A stretch of DNA of 55,366 bases from Rozella allomycis CSF55 (Eukaryota). Of this stretch, positions 1 through 12,831 are shown piece by piece. The stretch spans positions 1-55,366 of the forward strand of contig KE560765.1 of assembly GCA_000442015.1 (NCBI GenBank). Reading direction: 5' to 3'. Positions within the stretch are counted from its first letter, which is position 1, and every line of letters starts with the position of its first letter. The notes beneath the pieces were generated by a model. The model was not told the DNA's origin and made no database searches. It was given only the letters and a program-made list of their open reading frames with translations. A program made the position numbers and the translations under genes.

Positions 1-408
1 ATTTCTAAATTCCTACCCTACTTTTTCACAATATTCAATTATCCATTGTCCAAAAATCCTGGATTTGTATTTTTCTGCTCTTGACCTTAGGCAGAGACTA
101 GAGAGTCATTTTTCATGTCTGCAATTGCATGTAACAAGGACTTGTACCCGTGTTTGAGGCTGTGACTTTTCTCAGCAAGGGTGATTAGACGAAGGTCAGG
201 ACCTAATCATAACGATGCTTAAACATTAAAATTATATTGATATTTGAATGCCTTGAAGCAAGGTACAAGTAACGTGCATTGAAAATTTGGCTAATTAAAG
301 GAACCCTTGAAAGTCTCAAGGCCCATTTCTTTCCGCAAGAATTTTAAAGAAAATATTTTTTAAAACTAAACAAATTATTTTACATCAAAAAATATTGAAA
401 GGTGGCTG

Positions 409-1290
409 ATGGTATCAGAATTTGAAAACATAATAGAGCGTCATCCAAATCATGGTTTATCTATGACTGAAAGGGAAATTCTCTATCTATACACCTGGGA
501 TGACGTTCAAGAGGGTTTTGAGGAGATACAATTTCGGAAAGACTGCAGAGATGGAAATCTGCAAGCTGTAATAAAAGCTGTCGAATCCGGGCATGACATT
601 CACTGCTGTTCTCAAAACCCTTTGGGTGAAGCACTCGTGGGAGGACAGCTTGAAGTCGTTAAATATTTACTAACCAAAGGAGCAGATTTAGAGTATCTTC
701 TTGTTCATGATAAATATTTTGCTAAAGTTCTAGAAGCAAGACATTTTCATATGATAAATTTTTTACTTGAAGAATGCAATGTAGATCCAAATGTTTCCGG
801 ACGTGAAATATCTTTTCTACTGCTACTTCATGAAGATGTTGAGCAATATTTAGATTATTTTCTTAAATTTGGATTAAGGATAGAATTTGCCTTTGCTGTT
901 ACAGCATCTGAAGGCTGGTTAGATGATATGAAAATGCTAGAGGAAAAATACAACGTTGATACTAAACATACTTTACCAATAGCTTGTAAGGGTAGTGTCA
1001 CAAGTAACATTGAACTCATCCAATATTTATTGGAAAAGTATGATTATAGCAAAGATGAAGATATTATTCGTGATTCCTTAATTGCTTCGTGCGAATGTGG
1101 CGATGTTGATGTTTGGAGCATATTATTCGATACTTTCCCAGAATATGTTAAAGAATTCGTGGAAAAATGTATTGATGTAGCTATCATGAGCAAAAGCTCT
1201 AAAATTGTTAATCATCTATTGGAAAATGGTTATAAAGCTACAGTTGACGAAAGCTACCGAAAAAAAGAAAGCAATAATCGGATTCCAGCC
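409..1290 (+). CDS. Ankyrin-repeat protein; 3' end cut by an N join at 1291
   Basis: Repeated ankyrin-like units (CRDGNLQAVIKAVESGHDI, ALVGGQLEVVKYLLTKGAD, SNIELIQYLLEK); intronless. Confidence 0.75.
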
Positions 1291-1789
1291 NCTTACACTT
1301 TCAACGCCAGCCCGTTAACACCTGAAGGCAAACTTTGTGTCATTGTTTCGTGAATGATTTGACGCTCACAATTTTCCATGATAGCTTCAGGCTCTTCCCA
1401 ATTCTTTGAATCCTTGTTTCTAAAAGTGTCTCCTTCTGAAAACGTAACACTATTCTTCTCAAGTTGATGTTGATATAATGAACACAGGCTGCCTGATCCT
1501 GAGAGCAATCTAAATGTAATCCTTCAAGGCGATTGCTTGCTTTTGCGTTTGCAATGATAACCATTTCAAAGTTTAATATATTCTACCCAGATTTGTTCGA
1601 TAAAACACAAACTCTTTCGTCATGAGGAGCAGCATTCTCAAAGAAATTAGTTAATCTAGTCAAAATCGCGAATCAATATTCAAGGAAGGTCGGCAATATA
1701 GCCAATTTAAATACCAAAATACAATATACAAATGCATCAAAAATGCACTTACCTTTCATTTAAACTTTTCGAAAATCCGATTTTTGGAA

Positions 1790-4323
1790 ATGGAATCGCT
1801 TGTTGCCAATATTACTGGCCATCGAGTAAATTTTCTTTGTTCTTGATATGCAGAGCGATTCAAATATATTTAAAAAGGTGTACACGAATGCCCAAAGTTT
1901 TCTGAAAAAGCAAAAGGTTTTGAATACAGATGAAGGTCAAGTGTCAGAAAGAGTCTTAAATATAATAGAGAAATTTGCTTTATTTAACCAGCTTGAAAAG
2001 AAAAGAAATCTGGAATATCTGATAGAGTTTTTTATTGAAAAGGATGTAAAGGATTTGAAGAGGGCAGAATATTGGAAGATTCAGATGATCCATTTTTTGC
2101 TAGAGCTGTCTAATTCACCGACCAATTGTAGCTATTTGGGGGATATAAGATTTCTAAAGAGTAAGAACATTTGCCCAGTCAAGACGTGGAATGAGATTTT
2201 AGAAGATGATCCATTAACAGGCGACCATTGGCAAATGATAGAAGACGATGGTGAAATATCTGATTTTGAAGATGCTGAATATTTTGTTTTGCCTCGAAAG
2301 AATGACCCAGATGTGACTGCTGAAACGGAAGATATTTCTAAAGCACTGACATCTCCCTCGAATGTCGATTGGGATAAAGAAACGCAAGATTTTATTCCAA
2401 ATAATAAATATTGGAAATTCTCGATGGTTGATTTGTACGCGCCAAGTAACTTTAATATGCAACAATGAAAGATTTGTGCTATGATTTCAAGAGTTCGATG
2501 AATTTGTGTTCAAACGTTGTATCCTTGTCTATTAAAGGGAAAAGCGAATTGATTGGAATCGCAACATCAAGAATTCTTCTCTCAGAATATGAAATTGTTC
2601 GTGAAGTTCTTTTCATGCTCTCTGGACTACCTTGCGCTATCTTCCCTAAAGAAGACAATCAATACAAAGTAATTTACTATTTTGATTGTAAAAGGTTTGT
2701 CCTGAAGTTGTTTTATCTCATCTAAGCCCCAAAGGTTTGATGTCTATTTGCGAAGGGTTTGTTGAAATTGCAAATGAAATTTATAATTTAAAAGCTATTG
2801 CTTTAGAGCAGTTCAAAAATCAGACTTCAAAAATATCAAANTCAAACTTCAAAGATATCAAATTTGATTTCAGAGCATATTTTAAGCACAATAGAACAAT
2901 TTCAAGTTAAGATATCAAACAAGGAAATTTCGCTAATAAATCTGAAGGGTTCTGATGTGCAGATTTCACTGCTGGATGTTTACTATTTCATTCAAAATGA
3001 CTTTGATAATATTTTGGACTTTAAGAAAATAATTGTATTGTCTGATAGAGACGCAATAGCATATTTAGAAACAGAACTGGAATTATATTCATTGAGTCAT
3101 CGATCAATAAAGAATTCTATACATTGGACACTATATGAACGACTGATAATAAATTTTATGGTTAATTTAAGTGATTGGATTCAATTTGGGGAAGGATCAT
3201 TAGCTTTCCTAAATTGTGAAGAAATAGAGTCTTTGCATTGGAGAGAATTGAACAAAGTAGAAAATAGTCATTATTTCCAATGGCTGGATAAACATTGGAT
3301 TAGAATCTTAAAGCTTGGGAAAACTTCAAATTTGTTGCGGAAACTAGGGTCTGTTTTTGAAATTTCTAAATTTGCCAACTTGGAAATTTCAGATGATTTA
3401 CCCTTGTTAGATTCATTGGATAATTCTTTGAATAACTACTTGGAGTACACAGAGAAAGAGTTAACAGCAACACTTTGTAACATAATGACTGATTCTGAAA
3501 AGTATAATTTGCATTCAGAATTACTTTACTTTTTTAATTTCGCACTGCTTTCTGATGAGCAGGGATTGATGAATGAAATTTATAGGCAGATTTTTGAAAA
3601 AGTAAGCAAAGTTTGTTGTTTTTAAAAGGCTGAAGTTTCAAACAATCCTCTTTATGTGTTTAATGCAACGTTGATAGATTTTGGGATTAGCAACGTAGGA
3701 ATAACCTCAAATAAACAATCATTTGAAACTTTGAATGATTTTATTAAGAATGTTTCATTTAAATACAAAGTAAAATATTTGTAGAGAATTTAAAGGTGAA
3801 ATTTCCAATTGATCAAATTTTGAATAAAACAATTATTGAAAAGGCAAATGTTATTTTTCGGTGGATTATTCGAATTAAATTTTCTATTTTCAAGATATCA
3901 AAATATTTAAGACAAAAATCAATTCAAGACAAGAAATTAACAACAGCGGCATTCAAGCTGTTGATTGTTTGTTCCAACTTGTATTCTTATGTTGTAAACA
4001 ACGTTATCACACCACAAATACTCTCAATCAAAGATCTTAAAAGTAATTAAAAGAAATTCAGTCTAATCTTAGATTTAAATATTCCAAATTTAATAGAATT
4101 TGTTGAAAACATTTTTGATAAGATTGCAGATCAATGTTTGTTGAATATGACCCCTGTCTTCATTACAATGTCCAGAGTTCTGGATTATTCATCTAATCTA
4201 GACTTTGAAAATTTTGGTACTATATTCAGCGATTTAAACTTTTTAAATAACACAATATCAGAATTACAAAAGGTCGTAAAAAATTCATCTATTAAATACC
4301 TCATGAATTGCTTTAATGTGTAA
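1790..4323 (+). CDS. GCP5: Gamma-tubulin complex component, GCP5-like (Spc97/98 family); about 6 introns
   Basis: Motifs WNEILEDDPLTGDHW, EYEIVREVLFMLSG, VLSHLS, KFPIDQIL; ORFs joined by 26-30 nt GT-AG introns. Confidence 0.75.
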
Positions 4324-4436
4324 AATAAAATCATTTTTTATTGTACTTCTTCTTCAAATTGCAATCTATAAATAGCGTTTTCTGAGTGGGCGTTGGAACG
4401 AACCTAGTCCTACATTTGGCTTGGTAAGGTTTCTGG

Positions 4437-6071
4437 ATGTCTCGACTGCTAATCGGTTCCTCAGAATTTGCAGAATACTGCAAGAAAAACGCTATATTTG
4501 TCGACAAAACGCATTTTATTGAAGAGTTTATCGAAAGCTTTGCCAAGATTGAGCTTATCCTTCGTCCCCGTAGATTTTCGAAAAGCACTAACCTGTCCAT
4601 GTTAAAATCATTTTTCACCATCGGCACTGATAAATCTATGTTCAAAGGGCTGAAAATATACGAGAACTATGAATTGATGGATAAGTATTGTGGAGAGTAC
4701 CCTGTTGTTTTTCTTGACCTTAAAAATGTTATTGGTGAAACTTGGGAACTAACTTTATTGGAATTATGGAAGCAAATGAGATTGTGTGCAGCTATGCATA
4801 AAGATGCGTATCGTAAAATGGGGACAGATCCTTTTGCTGTTTGCGAAAAATACTTGGAAAGGAATGTTAGCTGCCCTGATTTGCACATTTTAGGCTCCTC
4901 GTTATTTAATATTACTTATGACCTTTATCAATATTACGGCAGAGAAGTAATTGTCCTTATTGATGAGTATGACACGCCTTTGAACAATGCTCATAGATTG
5001 GGTTTTTATGATAAAGCAGCAAAATTTTTCGCTTCTTTTTATTCTGAAGGGTTGAAAGGAAACAATGCAGTTGAAAAAGCATGTATTATGGGGATTGCAG
5101 AGTTGAGATGTGAGGGACTACCGGTTGGCCTTAACAATCTTAGCGTGAATTCATTTTCAACGGAAAGCTATTCTAGCTGTTTTGGATTTACCATAGATGA
5201 AATAAAGGAAAATTTTGAAGTGACTGACAATGACATTGAAAGACTTAAGGAATGGTACATTGGGTATTATTTTGGCGGAGATCAAGTGATAAATCCCTGG
5301 TCTATTGTGAATTGGTGGGATAATGAGAAAAGTTTTAACAGCTACTGGATTCAAACTTGTCAAACAGTCGAACTTGGAAAATTTCTTGGTGGCAATGAAC
5401 TAAAAATGCTTTATCCCTTGTTTTATCTGTTATATGAAGGTGATTCATACGAAATTGAACTATCACGCACTGCAGTCAACTACAATAATGAATGGAAACT
5501 GGAGAATATTATGACTTTTCTCGTTCTTACTGGTTATCTCACATATAATGAGAATAAAGTTAGGATTCCAAACAAAGAAGTCAAAGATTATTGGAAAGTG
5601 CATTTACTCCCACAATTTAATAAAGTTGTGAAAAATAAATACGGGAGGAGGATTCAAGACTTGTTCATGCGAGACAACTTGGACGTAAAGGTTTTGACAG
5701 ACATAATGACCGACACTCTAATGCATACTTCAGCTTATGATTTGGTCACAGAAGCTTCGTATCACTGTTTCTTCGTTGGGGTTTTTATGGCTTGCCTTAA
5801 TAGTGAGTACGAAGATATAACTATTTCTTCAAATAAAGAGGCTGGAAGAGAAATGTATGGCATAAACATTAAACTTTTTAAACCTAAGAAAGTGTGCATT
5901 TTTGGATTTAAGCATGTTCATTCTGAAAGGGATTTAAATCCTCAAGTTGCTTTACAACAAATTAAAGAAAAACAGAATTATCACATGTATCAAGGATTAG
6001 GGTACTCTATACACCTAGTTGGAGTTAGTTGCTACCAGAAGACGCTTGCTCTGGCGATTGATGAACTTTAA
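4437..6071 (+). CDS. Bacterial-type AAA-ATPase-like plus PD-(D/E)XK nuclease-like protein with degenerate motifs
   Basis: FVDKTHFI, RPRRFSKS (Walker A-like), VIVLIDEYDTP (Walker B), WYxGY, NPWSI, TGYLT, IPNKEV, EASYH, ALQQIKEK; intronless. Confidence 0.85.
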   Translation: MSRLLIGSSEFAEYCKKNAIFVDKTHFIEEFIESFAKIELILRPRRFSKSTNLSMLKSFFTIGTDKSMFKGLKIYENYELMDKYCGEYPVVFLDLKNVIGETWELTLLELWKQMRLCAAMHKDAYRKMGTDPFAVCEKYLERNVSCPDLHILGSSLFNITYDLYQYYGREVIVLIDEYDTPLNNAHRLGFYDKAAKFFASFYSEGLKGNNAVEKACIMGIAELRCEGLPVGLNNLSVNSFSTESYSSCFGFTIDEIKENFEVTDNDIERLKEWYIGYYFGGDQVINPWSIVNWWDNEKSFNSYWIQTCQTVELGKFLGGNELKMLYPLFYLLYEGDSYEIELSRTAVNYNNEWKLENIMTFLVLTGYLTYNENKVRIPNKEVKDYWKVHLLPQFNKVVKNKYGRRIQDLFMRDNLDVKVLTDIMTDTLMHTSAYDLVTEASYHCFFVGVFMACLNSEYEDITISSNKEAGREMYGINIKLFKPKKVCIFGFKHVHSERDLNPQVALQQIKEKQNYHMYQGLGYSIHLVGVSCYQKTLALAIDEL

Positions 6072-6395
6072 AATAAATTCGTTTGGTTTCGCATTTAAAT
6101 ATATCATTGAGCAATGAAATTATAGAACTTAGCACTAATGATCTTGGTTAACTTAAGAATAGAAAACGAAAAAAATACATATATGTTTAACATTATTTCC
6201 TTACTCAAACACTTGTAATGCAAGTCATGATGTCTGAAAATCATCAATGCATGTTAAGGACCGGTAAAGAATAAAAATGACAAAGGTGCATCGTTTGTGA
6301 TTTTTAGCATTCCAATTTGATTGAATCAGAGCTCGCAAAAATTTGTCAATTAAAATATTACTTCAATGTGTAAAAAATATCATTCTTTATTGTAT

Positions 6396-7648
6396 TTATT
6401 CTTCAAATTGCAGTCCTTTACCTCCCAATTTCACATTGTAATACTTGAATCCATTCAATGTCAATTCCTTGTAAAAATATACCTCGTCTTTTTCATCTAC
6501 ATCTAATATTTCCTCAATGTTATTCGCATACTTGGATTAATCAGCACAACCAAAAAGCCACCGCCTCCTCCCCCTGTAAGTTTGGCCTGATGTCCATGTT
6601 TTTTGGAAATAGTAATAACTTTTTCAATAACAGGATGACTGACGCCAAGAACCTTCAGATGGTGCTGGTTCTTACTGAATAAATTCTTTCACATGAATTA
6701 GACAAATTTACCGATATTGCACTAAATGCCATCTTTTCACATTTGAATATCTTGAGAAATTGTTCAAATTTATTCGATATTTCATCCATTTTCTTAAAAC
6801 TATCGCCCAATAGTTTAGGTCTCTATAAATATCACTGGCATAAAGTTACTCTTTGAAACTTGATCGACACATTATTCACCATCTTTTTTGTATCTCGGGG
6901 TATCATGGTATCAACTAGCACAAACTTCAATGAATGAAACCATTCTGGTCTGAAAATATAGATTCATAGTAATACGGTTGAAATGACACTTCACTCCTTT
7001 GCTTCACATAAGACAACAAACCTCCATAATGCACAATTTTATTATCAACTCCAGATGGATTTCCATGAATAATTTTTTCTAATGTAAAGGCCCACCTATC
7101 AGTAAGATCTTGATGACGATCAATTTCAGGGTTCATGAAATATTTAATAAAAATAGATGCAATTGCAACCGAAAATGATGCCGAAGATCCTAGTCCAGCA
7201 CCCATCGGTATTGTCGATGAAACAATTAGATCAAACGGGATAAACTTTTTTGTTTCAACAACCATAAAGATGTATATATACAAAATGCATATTAATGGTA
7301 CGCTTGCAATTATATTGGTTTCAGTAGCGTATTCATAAATAGATTCCAGAATATGATTTTGAGGATGACAATCAACTAAACTAATATCGCTAGGCATTTT
7401 ATCTAAAAGTTGGGAATTTGCTATCTCATAGGATGCTCCAAAGTTTTCTAATGCAATACTACTAATTTTTTCGTTTGTCGAAGATTTGATTTCCGCAGTC
7501 ACAGCTAATTCATCTATACTGGCTGCAATTGCTTTCTGAAATACCTTGAAGTAATTTTACTTACTTTTCCATAGACTACAGAATGCTCTCCAAATAAAAT
7601 CACCTTTCCTGGAACTCTCACTTTCATCTGTGTGGCTTGACAAAGCAT
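6396..7648 (-). CDS. ERG12: Mevalonate kinase; 5 introns
   Basis: PGKVILFGEHSVVYGK, PMGAGLGSSA, HGNPSGVDN, KLTGGGGGG. Confidence 0.95.
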
Positions 7649-7819
7649 TTTTACGTGATCACAGTAGGAAATTATAAAGGCTTATCATGCGGCGCTTATT
7701 ATAGAATAACTTTAACTTTATTTATATAAAGTATTTGTATCTATTATGTAATTGTAAATTTTTGTTTACAATTTTTAGGTCCGAAATTAGTACTACGCCA
7801 CATTGACCCGGGTGAGACA

Positions 7820-9405
7820 ATGACAAACCAATTCGCTACCACCATTTGCTGCATTGGAGCTGGATATGTGGGTGGCCCTACATGCTCCATTATTGCTGAT
7901 AAATGTCATGACGTTTTGGTATACATTGTCGACATTGACCAGACCCGAATCGACCAATGGAATAGCGACAAGCTACCTATCTATGAGCCTGGTTTGGATG
8001 ACATTGTAAAGAGACGCCGCGGACTCAATTTATTCTTCACCACTGACGTTGACACTGCCATCAATAAATCCGACATCATATTTGTCAGTGTGAATACCCC
8101 AACCAAAAAGTCGGGAATAGGCGCTGGGATGGCTGCTGATTTGAAGTATGATGGGTTTAACAATATAATAGGTACATTGAAAGTGCCACCAGAAGACTTG
8201 CCCAAGTTGCACAAAGCTCAAAGATTGTCGTAGAAAAGTCAACAGTTCCATGCAAAACAGCTGAAAGGTAGCAATTAATTTCAATGAATATACTAGCATG
8301 AGGGCGATTCTTGAATCAAATTCAAAGCCTGGTTTAAGATTCGATATTTTGTCAAATCCTGAGTTTCTTGCTGAGGGTAAATTCTACCATGTTTTTTAAA
8401 AGGAACTGCCATTCAAGATCTGCTCAATCCTGACCGTGTGCTCATTGGCTCTCTTCAAACCCCTGAAGGAAAGAAAGCTCAAGCTACACTTGCCGACTTG
8501 TACGCAAGATGGGTTCCAAGAGAAAAGATTATTACCATGAATTTGTGGTCATCAGAACTTTCGAAATTAGTAAAAGCCTCAGAAAATGTTAATAGGCTGC
8601 GAATGCAATGTTGGCGCAAAGAATATCCTCTGTCAATGCATTAAGTGCATTGTGCGAAGCCACAGGGGCCGATATTGATGAGGTGGCTTATGCAGTTGGA
8701 AAGGACACCAGAATCGGAAGCAAATTCCTTAAAGCAAGTGTTGGATTTGGAGGAAGCTGTTTTCAAAAAGATATTTTGAATTTAGTTTATCTTTGTGAAT
8801 CATTGAATCTTCATGAAGCAGCAGACTATTGGCGCCAAGTAAGCATCTATAATCAGCATAAAAGGTTATAACTATTAATGAATATCAAAAGAAACGATTC
8901 ATCCAAAGAATAGTAAAGTCGCTATTTAACACTGTTACAAATAAATCCATCGCAATTCTTGGATTTGCGTTTAAAAAGAACACCGGTGATACACGTGAAT
9001 CAGCTGCCATTTCATTGATCAAATATTTAATTGAAGAACAAGCACAAGTTCACATTTATGATCCTAAAGTTGAAGAGGAACAAATATTCTTTGACTTGAT
9101 TGAGCCAGGTGTTTATTCAAATGAAAATCAAGGTAATGCACTATAAAGTTCTTCATAAAGTGAAAAAGCTTGTAAAAGTTCATAAAGACGCTTACAGCGC
9201 TACTTTGAACACTGATGCTCTCGTCGTGTGCACAGAGTGGGATGAATTCACTAATCTTGACTATCAAAAAATTTATAATCAAATGAGAAAACCTGCCTTT
9301 GTGTTTGATGGAAGATTGATCCTTAATTCCGACAAGCTCAGAAAAATCGGCTTCAATGTTGAAGTGATTGGAAAAGTAGCTGGTCCAGTGACTGTTGAAA
9401 ATTAA
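7820..9405 (+). CDS. UGDH: UDP-glucose 6-dehydrogenase; 6 introns
   Basis: [46 protein letters not shown]. Confidence 0.97.
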
Positions 9406-9434
9406 ATTTAATAAAACCTTTAAACCAATTTTAT

Positions 9435-10218
9435 TTATTGTCCAGATCTTAATTTCGCTAATCTTTCACCCAGTTCATCTTTTTCTTCCGTCTTCTTTTC
9501 CATTAATGACCCTGGTACACCCATGTCCATTTTAACTTCTAATCCATGTTCATCAGCTACTTGTTGGATCAATGTATCAACATCTTCCTGTGGAGTAGTT
9601 AAAGCTGTTGTGTTTCCAATGGAACCTTCCATGTACTGCGTTTGAACGTCTATATCCTCAAATTGCTTTTCAAATTGGTCCATAACCATTGATATTTTTT
9701 CAAGATTCATACTAGACATGGCTGCATCTAGACCTTTAACAACACCCGCCATATTTTGTGTAACCTATGTATTCTTTAGACAAATTTTACTTGGCGCATT
9801 GAGACTGCTGTTTGAACTCGAGAAGCGACTGAAAGCTAATTAACACATTAAAATTACCTGCATCAACTCTGGAAGATAGACGAAGCATATTTAGCCCCTC
9901 ATTCTTTTTTCTAATAGCATTTTGAGCATATATTTTGGCGCCTTCCATGTTACCTTGAAGATACAAGATATGCAACTCTTACCTTGTTGAATAGCCTTTA
10001 AACATAAATAATTGTTTCATACCTTTTTTAATTTCACTTTCTCCTTCGATTCATCTTTAGAACATCTTTTAGCATTGCTCTGAAGCTGCTTGGCAGTGAA
10101 CTACTACATAATTGTACCACGACGTACTTTTAAATTAAATAAGTGCTTTTAGTAAGTTAAGGAAATCACTCCAAAAGTGGTTATTATAAACAAAAAGGAT
10201 ATTCTCCATGTTACTCAT
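9435..10218 (-). CDS. CHMP1: ESCRT-III CHMP1/Did2; one U12-type and five U2-type introns, including a 13-nt micro-exon at 9983-9995
   Basis: Spliced N-terminus [40 protein letters not shown]. Confidence 0.93.
10148..10202 (-). other. U12-type (minor spliceosome) intron with AT-AA ends, 55 nt
   Basis: 5' end ATATCCTTT, branch site TTTCCTTAAC; removal restores GAG A|AG CAC (E-K-H). Confidence 0.85.
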
Positions 10219-10249
10219 TTTTGAAATTTACAGGATAGAAAGAAATAGA

Positions 10250-11657
10250 ATGCAAAATGAAGTTGGGCAACTGGGTACTGTAGCGTTTATTATTGCGGGG
10301 TTTTTTGCATTGTCTGCTACATTTGTTACCTTTTTATCAACACTTTTACATTTGAAAAATTATAAAAGGCCAGATTTGCAAAGATCTATAATCAGAATAT
10401 TTATGATGATACCAATTTATTCATTAACTTCTTGGCTATCTTTAGCGTTTGTTTCTTTATCCAAGTATTTAGAAGTTATCAGGGATGTGTATGAAGCTTT
10501 TGTAATTTATGTCTTCTTTTCGTTGTTGGTTAATTTATTGGATGGTGAAAGAGCTCTTATAACAAGTTTGGCCAAAGTGCCTCCCACACCACATGCATTC
10601 CCCGTTAATATATTTTTGGAGCCAATTAAAGTAAGAATTCAGCAGGCTCAAAATATAGATTGGAGATCCAAATAATTTTTTGATGATAAAGAGAGGTATC
10701 GTCCAATTTATTATAGTAAAGCCTGTTTTGGCTGTATTTATTCTCTTCTTGAAGTTTTGCGGTTGGTATCATGAAGGCTACATCGCTTGGGATTCTTCGT
10801 TTTTATGGATAGCGATATTTTACAACATATCCGTTACATTGGCCATGTACTTTTTAATTATCTTTTATCTTGGCACGAGAACAATATTAAAGGCTCATGG
10901 AACGACATTAAAATTTATATGCGTTAAAGCAGTCGTATTTTTTTCTTTTTGGCAAGGCATAATTATTTCAGTAGCAGTTTATTTCGATGTTATACGCGGA
11001 AGTAACAATTTCTTAAATTCTTGAATAGATCAAAAATACACAGCAGACAATATTGCGTCAGCCATTCAGGATTTCAGTATGTGCATTGAAACTTTTCTTA
11101 TTTCCATAGTTCACTTTTTTGCTTTTAGTCATAAAGACTATAGTGAACTTAATTCTGGTAGATTTCCTCTTTTAACTGCCGTCAAGGACTTTGTTGGGTT
11201 TCAAGACATTCTTCAAGATTCTTTGCATACATTTAAAGGTCAAATTTATGAGACGAGCGAGGAAAGACGTGCAAGGCGGCATGGCGGCGATAGCGAATAT
11301 CTTCTAAACAAATCAAGGAAAATTAGCATCTTGGATTTTCTCAAAAATATTTTCTCCCTTTTTATTCCAGGTAGCCTTTCACCCATCTTTTCATTAACGA
11401 TAAATTCCGATGCAGATTCAGAAACATCCTTTTTAATGTCCGCATCTGCTAGATACCCGTCAATCACACCTAATAGACCCAAATATACAAATGTAGATGA
11501 CTTATGTACTGTCAGTTTCCCTGATATTAATCCAAATGATGATATAGAAAAGCTTTATAATGAGAGTAGAAGATTGCGCTATGGCGACTACAATTTTCCT
11601 GTCTTGGAAAGCAAAAAAGTTTTGATGAATAAAAACAATCCGCTAAGGCGTGCATAA
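10250..11657 (+). CDS. TMEM184/OST-alpha family membrane protein; 2 introns
   Basis: LQRSIIRIFMMIPIYS, RDVYEAFVIYVFF, KFICVKAVVFFSFWQG. Confidence 0.9.
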
Positions 11658-11690
11658 AATAAATAAACTTGCGAATTTGTTGAATTTATT

Positions 11691-12729
11691 TCAAAATATA
11701 TTGATAAATGAAATTAATGAATCCAAAAATCTCGCCGGCAAGAAATCCAAAACATAAAATATACAGGCGTCCAATCCAACAAGATATCTGGTCATTGGAT
11801 AAGAACTTGTAACAGCGTGTTCAATACATCTAGTAACGGCCATTGGGTGAATAGCGTTAAAGTTCATTATTCGAAATAGCCTGGTAAAGCTTTCAATTTG
11901 TTTCGAGTATATTCTCCTTAAGTTTTCATCCGTTTCATCAATGGTTTGTGATTCTTTTTGAAACATTTTACCCCAAATTCTTGATTTAATTGCGCCTATT
12001 TTATAAACTAGTTTGTAATACCTACCTGGTTGAACCAATGAAACGCTAACGCGATGTGGTCTTAATTCTCTTCTTAAACAATCCGCCATCATTTCCATTG
12101 ATCCCTTTGCCATACTCTTATCCTTTAAAAATCACTTTTTACCAATACGAAGTCACTAATGGAATACCAGAAAACCCCAGAATACTACCTACAATAACGA
12201 TTCTTCCGCCCGAAGATCGGAGCATCGGCATAAACTTTTTGGACAGATAATACGGTCCCTTTATCATAGTGTCGAATATTTCTTGAGTAGAATCATCTTT
12301 GGTGCATTCCATTGGCGAAAAATCAACAGATCCTGCATTGTGAATAAGAGCGACCAAATTAGCCCCTTTCGATCGTAATAATTCAGAAACATTAGTAAAC
12401 ATAGTGTTTATCTGTTCGTTAAATTGAACATCACATAATATCGGACATATATTTTGGTGGACATTGTTTAAGATATCGGCATGCTCCCTTTTACGGACAA
12501 CAGCAATTACCATAAATCCCTTGTATGCTAATTGAAAGGATGTTTCAAATCCTATTCCTGAGCTACATCCGGTGATTATAATGGCGTTCTTTGCGGAATA
12601 TGGGATTGGCTTGTAATAACTTTGAATGTTGAAAAAGTTCACTACAAATCCAAAACAAGCAGAAGCCAGAAATTGTATGTTATTGATCCATTGTGCAATG
12701 AAGGTTAAAAATCCCGTATATAGACTCAT
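11691..12729 (-). CDS. Short-chain dehydrogenase (retinol/17-beta-HSD-like); 2 introns
   Basis: ITGCSSGIG, HNAG, catalytic YCMAK formed across intron 12115-12142. Confidence 0.9.
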
Positions 12730-12831
12730 ACGTCTTAGGACTTAGCGTGCAAGCTCGTGGCGGTTCAAATCATATATTTAGACTTCAAAGTTAATTTAAA
12801 GACATAACTACCTTTAAGATAAATAGATTTA

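Noticed and set aside
1293-1760. Short minus-strand ORFs after the N join
   Set aside because: No recognisable motif and no consistent spliced model
2519-2527. GTATCCTT as a U12 donor in GCP5
   Set aside because: The frame is open through it and no TCCTTAAC branch site follows
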